From contig JAUCBJ010003070.1 in assembly GCA_032718475.1 (NCBI GenBank), positions 126,279 through 190,278 of the forward strand: a DNA stretch of 64,000 nucleotides, in the 5' to 3' direction. This document shows, piece after piece, positions 60,036-64,000 of this stretch; positions within the stretch are counted from its first letter, which is position 1, and each line of letters opens with the position of its first letter. This DNA is from Nemertoderma westbladi. Its lineage: Eukaryota; Animalia; Xenacoelomorpha. The position numbers were made by a program, and so were the translations under genes. The notes below the pieces were generated by a model. It ran no database searches. It was not told where the DNA came from and worked only from the letters and a program-made list of their open reading frames with translations.

Positions 60036-60139
60036 GTGTCTCAGACCTAAAACTCGAGACTTTAGGAGTGTCTCAGGTCTTAAATCAGAGTCTTACAAAT
60101 TCGAACGTCAACGAACAAATTCGAACGTTACTGTTCCAC

Positions 60140-60225
60140 CTTGGTGTAGTGGTTGTATTGAATTCACATCTCCCATATGTCATGGGTTCGATCCCCCGCA
60201 TGGACCAGGGCAGTTTTCGTTCGGT
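60140..60225 (+). mobile_element. tRNA-derived SINE head embedded in the TIR (mirror at ~35852-35937, minus)
   Basis: A-box TGGTGTAGTGG, B-box GGTTCGATCCC, then ccagggcagttttcgtt as in the SINE at 25675. Confidence 0.65.
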
Positions 60226-60609
60226 CAGCAATAGGCCTAACTATACAAAATGGAGTATTATTGCCTAGTAACCAATTTATAGCTACTATATCATAGCAAC
60301 TTTTCGACAGTTGGACAACACTATTGACCATTGCATGTCGGGGCGCTAATCGGTCTGATTAATTAGGATAATCAAATAAACCCTAATTAGGAGTCATAAG
60401 ACACCTATTAGGGTTTAATTGTACTAATTAATTGATGACACCTATCAATTAGGGTCTAATTAGCCTAATTAGGAGGTGTCACCCAGACAGTCTGGCGCCA
60501 ATGACACCCAATGACACCCATAGGGTGATAATAGGGTGTCATATGACACGCAATCGGTGTCAGTGTGGTCCAATGTCACAAAGCCGGCCAAACTTCTACT
60601 TCTTCCCTT

Positions 60610-60700
60610 AGAAGACCTAAAGTTGGATGGTGTACTTCAGACGTGCCATACAATGGAGTCCAGCATTGAAGTGGATGGAAAACGTAACTTCCAAGGAACA
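60610..60700 (+). pseudogene. gag: Gypsy gag, continuation after the TIR element
   Basis: Removing 34698-60603 and one TSD restores IRQEILKTPLEDLKLDGVLQTCHTMESS. Confidence 0.7.
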
Positions 60701-63700
60701 CTACAGTACCAGTCACCATGGTTCATCAACGAGATAATAATGAAAGCGATGGTGAGTTATGGTGCGATGATAGAGCAGTTAGAGCACTTTCACACTCAAG
60801 TTATAAGATAGGAAAAAGCGCGTGGGACACAAGCGTTAAACTTCCTTAGTTGATTATTATCAATTGTTGTTAAGTTTCCATCAACATTAAAAGTTATGAA
60901 TTCGGTCTTGGTAGCATTCATATGCAATTCCCTGAGCAGCCCTATCTACTTTATTCAGTAGAAGCTGTGCATCTGCTGCTAGCGTATTAGAGAGGTCATC
61001 TGGCTGTTTTCCATACCTCTGAAGGGATTTCATCTAATCCAATAGCTTTATGATTGGACATGCTTTTAATGCTTCTTTGGGGTTCGACAGGTGTGAAGTC
61101 CCCTGTTTCTGTAGGTAGTGTCTTGTTGAAAACAATTGGTTTTAAATTTACCATTGGTCCGACTGCTTAACGTTAACTTAACTATTTAAAAAAATTCTGA
61201 CCCGGGGCTGTGAACTCGTACATAAAGATTAAGAATATTATATTTTTATGGGTTATATGTATGGAAGGGAGGACCAAGAATCTTTTTTTATTGCTCGTAG
61301 TAATTAGCAAGTGTCATATATTTGTATACAGTAGTAAGAGCCTGAATTCAGCTGTCCAGAGCTTTTTCGTGAAGTCATTAAGATCTTAATTCAAGAACCC
61401 AAGTCATATACACCTGCAATGAGATACTTACTGTACAGAGTATATCATACTGTATTTTTTGATTATTTTTTCGTTAATATTTATTTTCTTGATAAATAAT
61501 ATCTATAAATAGAGATAAATAGATAGATATATATAGATAGATAAATATATAAATAGAAAGGGTTGGATTGTTCGAAACAGTCACCCATGGGAGTTAGTGC
61601 CTTAAAAGTAACTGGATCACTAGATGAGTTGATAGATAGCCGTCAGGTTTCCTCTGGTGTTTCGTATTTCACACCTTCACTGATAACATTAACTAATGTA
61701 TGTTATATATAACATACAGTTTATATTCCTTATAGAATTCCATATTAGGCATTCCATATAAAATGACTCTACTCATGAAAACTTAAAAGATATTTGTAGC
61801 AACATACTGACTTTGATTGAATGAATCACTATGGCAAACTTTAGATACTTATACCCCACAAACGGGGGTGTAAGTCTCTTTTGATGGCCCTAGTGGCTTA
61901 GTACTAATTTTAGAGTTTAGTATCCTGATTCTATATATTTTTTTGTTGTTTGTGTGGTGTAAGTCTCTAATGTTTGCCATAGTGATTCAACACTGCACAT
62001 GACAGCGACGATTAGGGCTACACATTACTTTTATACAGTAGTACCTAGTACCAGGAAACTCACTCAATATGAGTAGGCCTATATACCTGACCTACATATA
62101 CCTGATCAATATAAGATGTAGAACAGAAATATACTGAATGTGAATCATTTGTTCGGAAAATGACCACCTCCTTACTGCTTTACTGACAACGTAAAGGTGA
62201 GAACAGAATCAGCTGGTGAAAATTCCACCATATACTATACGTTAAAACTGCTGGGGATATAAAAATGAACCTGCATTAAATTGTAATTCGTTTTGTAGAG
62301 TATACAAGTGAATTCGACATGTGATATAGAAATGGAATTGATTGGACGGTTGACATGCACCGTGTGTTGTACTGTATTACCTTAACTTTATAACCACTAT
62401 AGAAAAACCACATGACAGTAGGCCTACAGTAGAATCGCTAGGCCGCCTACTAACTTCTTTAGGAAGCTACATCAATGATCAGAAAAACAAAGTTAACTTG
62501 TTTATAATTTATAGAAAGGTGTCTGAATGTCAATGTGGACATTGTAACGTGCTCATTGCACTGTGCAAATTATTATAAAGGATTAGTAAAATTATTTCAA
62601 TCATACATAATGATAATAATGATGACACACCCTGATCCTAAATGTGAAGAGAATATGTAGATGATCCACATGTGGTCTATAATATATACGTTCTCACTGT
62701 CTAAATTACAATATGGAGATGTACAATCAGATTATTTAAAAAAATATGTTTAATTAACATTAAAACAACATATAACCCATCATCGCAAAATGATGTATCT
62801 GTATCTTATTGTGTTTTATATATATATAAACCTGATGAATATTTATGGAAGTTTAGATTACCTTAAAAGTTTGACAAAAGAGACCAAATTCTAAATACCT
62901 TATAAAAGTGGTGGACAAATAAAACTTTAAAAATCTTAAAAAAAAATTAAATTTAATATTAGAAAAAAATTTAAATTTTACATTTAAAAAGTTTAAAATT
63001 TTACATTTATATAATTTTAAATTTCATATTTAACAAATTTTAAAATTTTGATTAACCAAAAATAAAATTATACATTTAAATAATAATACATTTATAATTT
63101 TACAATTAAAGGAAATTTGATAAAGAAAGACGATATAATACAGTAAGTTCCACTATTGTGGGGAGGGTGACTGACTGACTGTATGACAGCTGAACATATT
63201 AAGATCTCTATAGGCCTACTGCATTCCCACGGTTAGTTACAATTTAATTTCTTTCCCTTGAGAGCATCCCCCCTTTTCACCCTCTTGGTTACTGATTTTA
63301 TAATTAATTGTTGAATATTATGACGTAAACTAATCGACTAATGGAATACATAATAGAGGGTTGGCCATGGTGACGGGCGGGGTCCGCAGGAGCCTACAGT
63401 TCGTTTTGTTGCGCTCCAACTGTGTCTGGGAGGGAGTCACAGATCTTGGAGGAGGGGGGGGGGGGGGGGGGGGGGGGGCTTCAGGGTTGCAGACCACCCG
63501 GACTCATACTAACCAATTAATTAGTAATAATTGTAATATTGGGTGAGCAATTGTAATTGTATATCTATTTGAATATATAGTATTTTATATTAAAATAATA
63601 AATAAAGGCATCTAAATTATAATAACTTGTAATAAAAGAACACTTATCGGGCTTTGGGAATTTTGTAGATATTTAGTTAACTTCATTTTGTCATATCCTT

Positions 63701-64000
63701 CGTTGTAAAACACGGGACTAAAGGATGGGACTAAATACTTAGATGTTATATTATTAATCTTAATTTTATGTTTTTGTGTTGAATAATAATTGTTATTGAT
63801 GTTATTATATCTATACTGATTATTTAACATTTATCATTTTCTATTATTTAATTAGATTGTCACTACAAAATTAATTAACCACCCATAATTCTAAGGTAAT
63901 AAAATCATTCGTAATATCCCTCTACTGATTGGTGAATGTGTGTTATCAAACATTTATTCTAGCATGTGTCTACTATAGACCTTTCATCTTCGACGATTTG

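Larger units (their letters stand above)
34698..60603. mobile_element. Non-autonomous Polinton/Maverick-like element with kb-long TIRs hosting nested insertions
   Basis: Termini AGTAGTAGAGGTTTGGCC / (revcomp) AGAAGTAGAAGTTTGGCC; 6-bp TSD TCCCTT (34692-34697, 60604-60609); arms 34698-~36800 and ~59110-60603 are inverted copies; no pPolB/integrase/capsid ORF found. Confidence 0.72.

Noticed and set aside
60140-60225. Functional tRNA genes (also ~11930-11985, ~35852-35937, ~59020-59110)
   Set aside because: A/B boxes present but no complete cloverleaf; better explained as SINE heads or relics.
61100-64000. Possible small host exons in AT-rich DNA (also 28200-30500)
   Set aside because: No ORF or splice pattern that I can support without transcript data.

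Overview
AT-rich eukaryotic (probably invertebrate animal) DNA made up mostly of nested transposable elements, with one clear host-type gene: an intronless type II membrane mucin-stalk/fibrinogen-domain (FReD) ORF at 2351-4900 (-). The main feature is a recent 18.9-kb BEL/Pao LTR retrotransposon (40009-58953, minus strand, 1345-bp near-identical LTRs, ACTAT TSD). After gag-pol and a structured 1.6-kb spacer it carries an extra 1417-aa ORF with a DEDDy/RNase D-WRN-like 3'-5' exonuclease domain and CCHC zinc knuckles instead of env. It has no tRNA primer-binding site. Instead, the bases next to the 5' LTR are complementary to a site within the LTR, and a related non-autonomous copy (15066-25609, AGCAG TSD) shows a compensatory change there, suggesting Tf1-like self-priming. 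The BEL element and a Penelope element sit inside a non-autonomous Polinton/Maverick-like element (34698-60603; AGTAGTAG terminus, 6-bp TSD), which splits a Gypsy gag. Also present: RTE and other LINE pieces, a non-coding piggyBac-like element, a foldback element with an orphan ORF, THAP/transposase remnants and SINE fragments. All calls come from reading motifs by eye; no searches or alignments were run.
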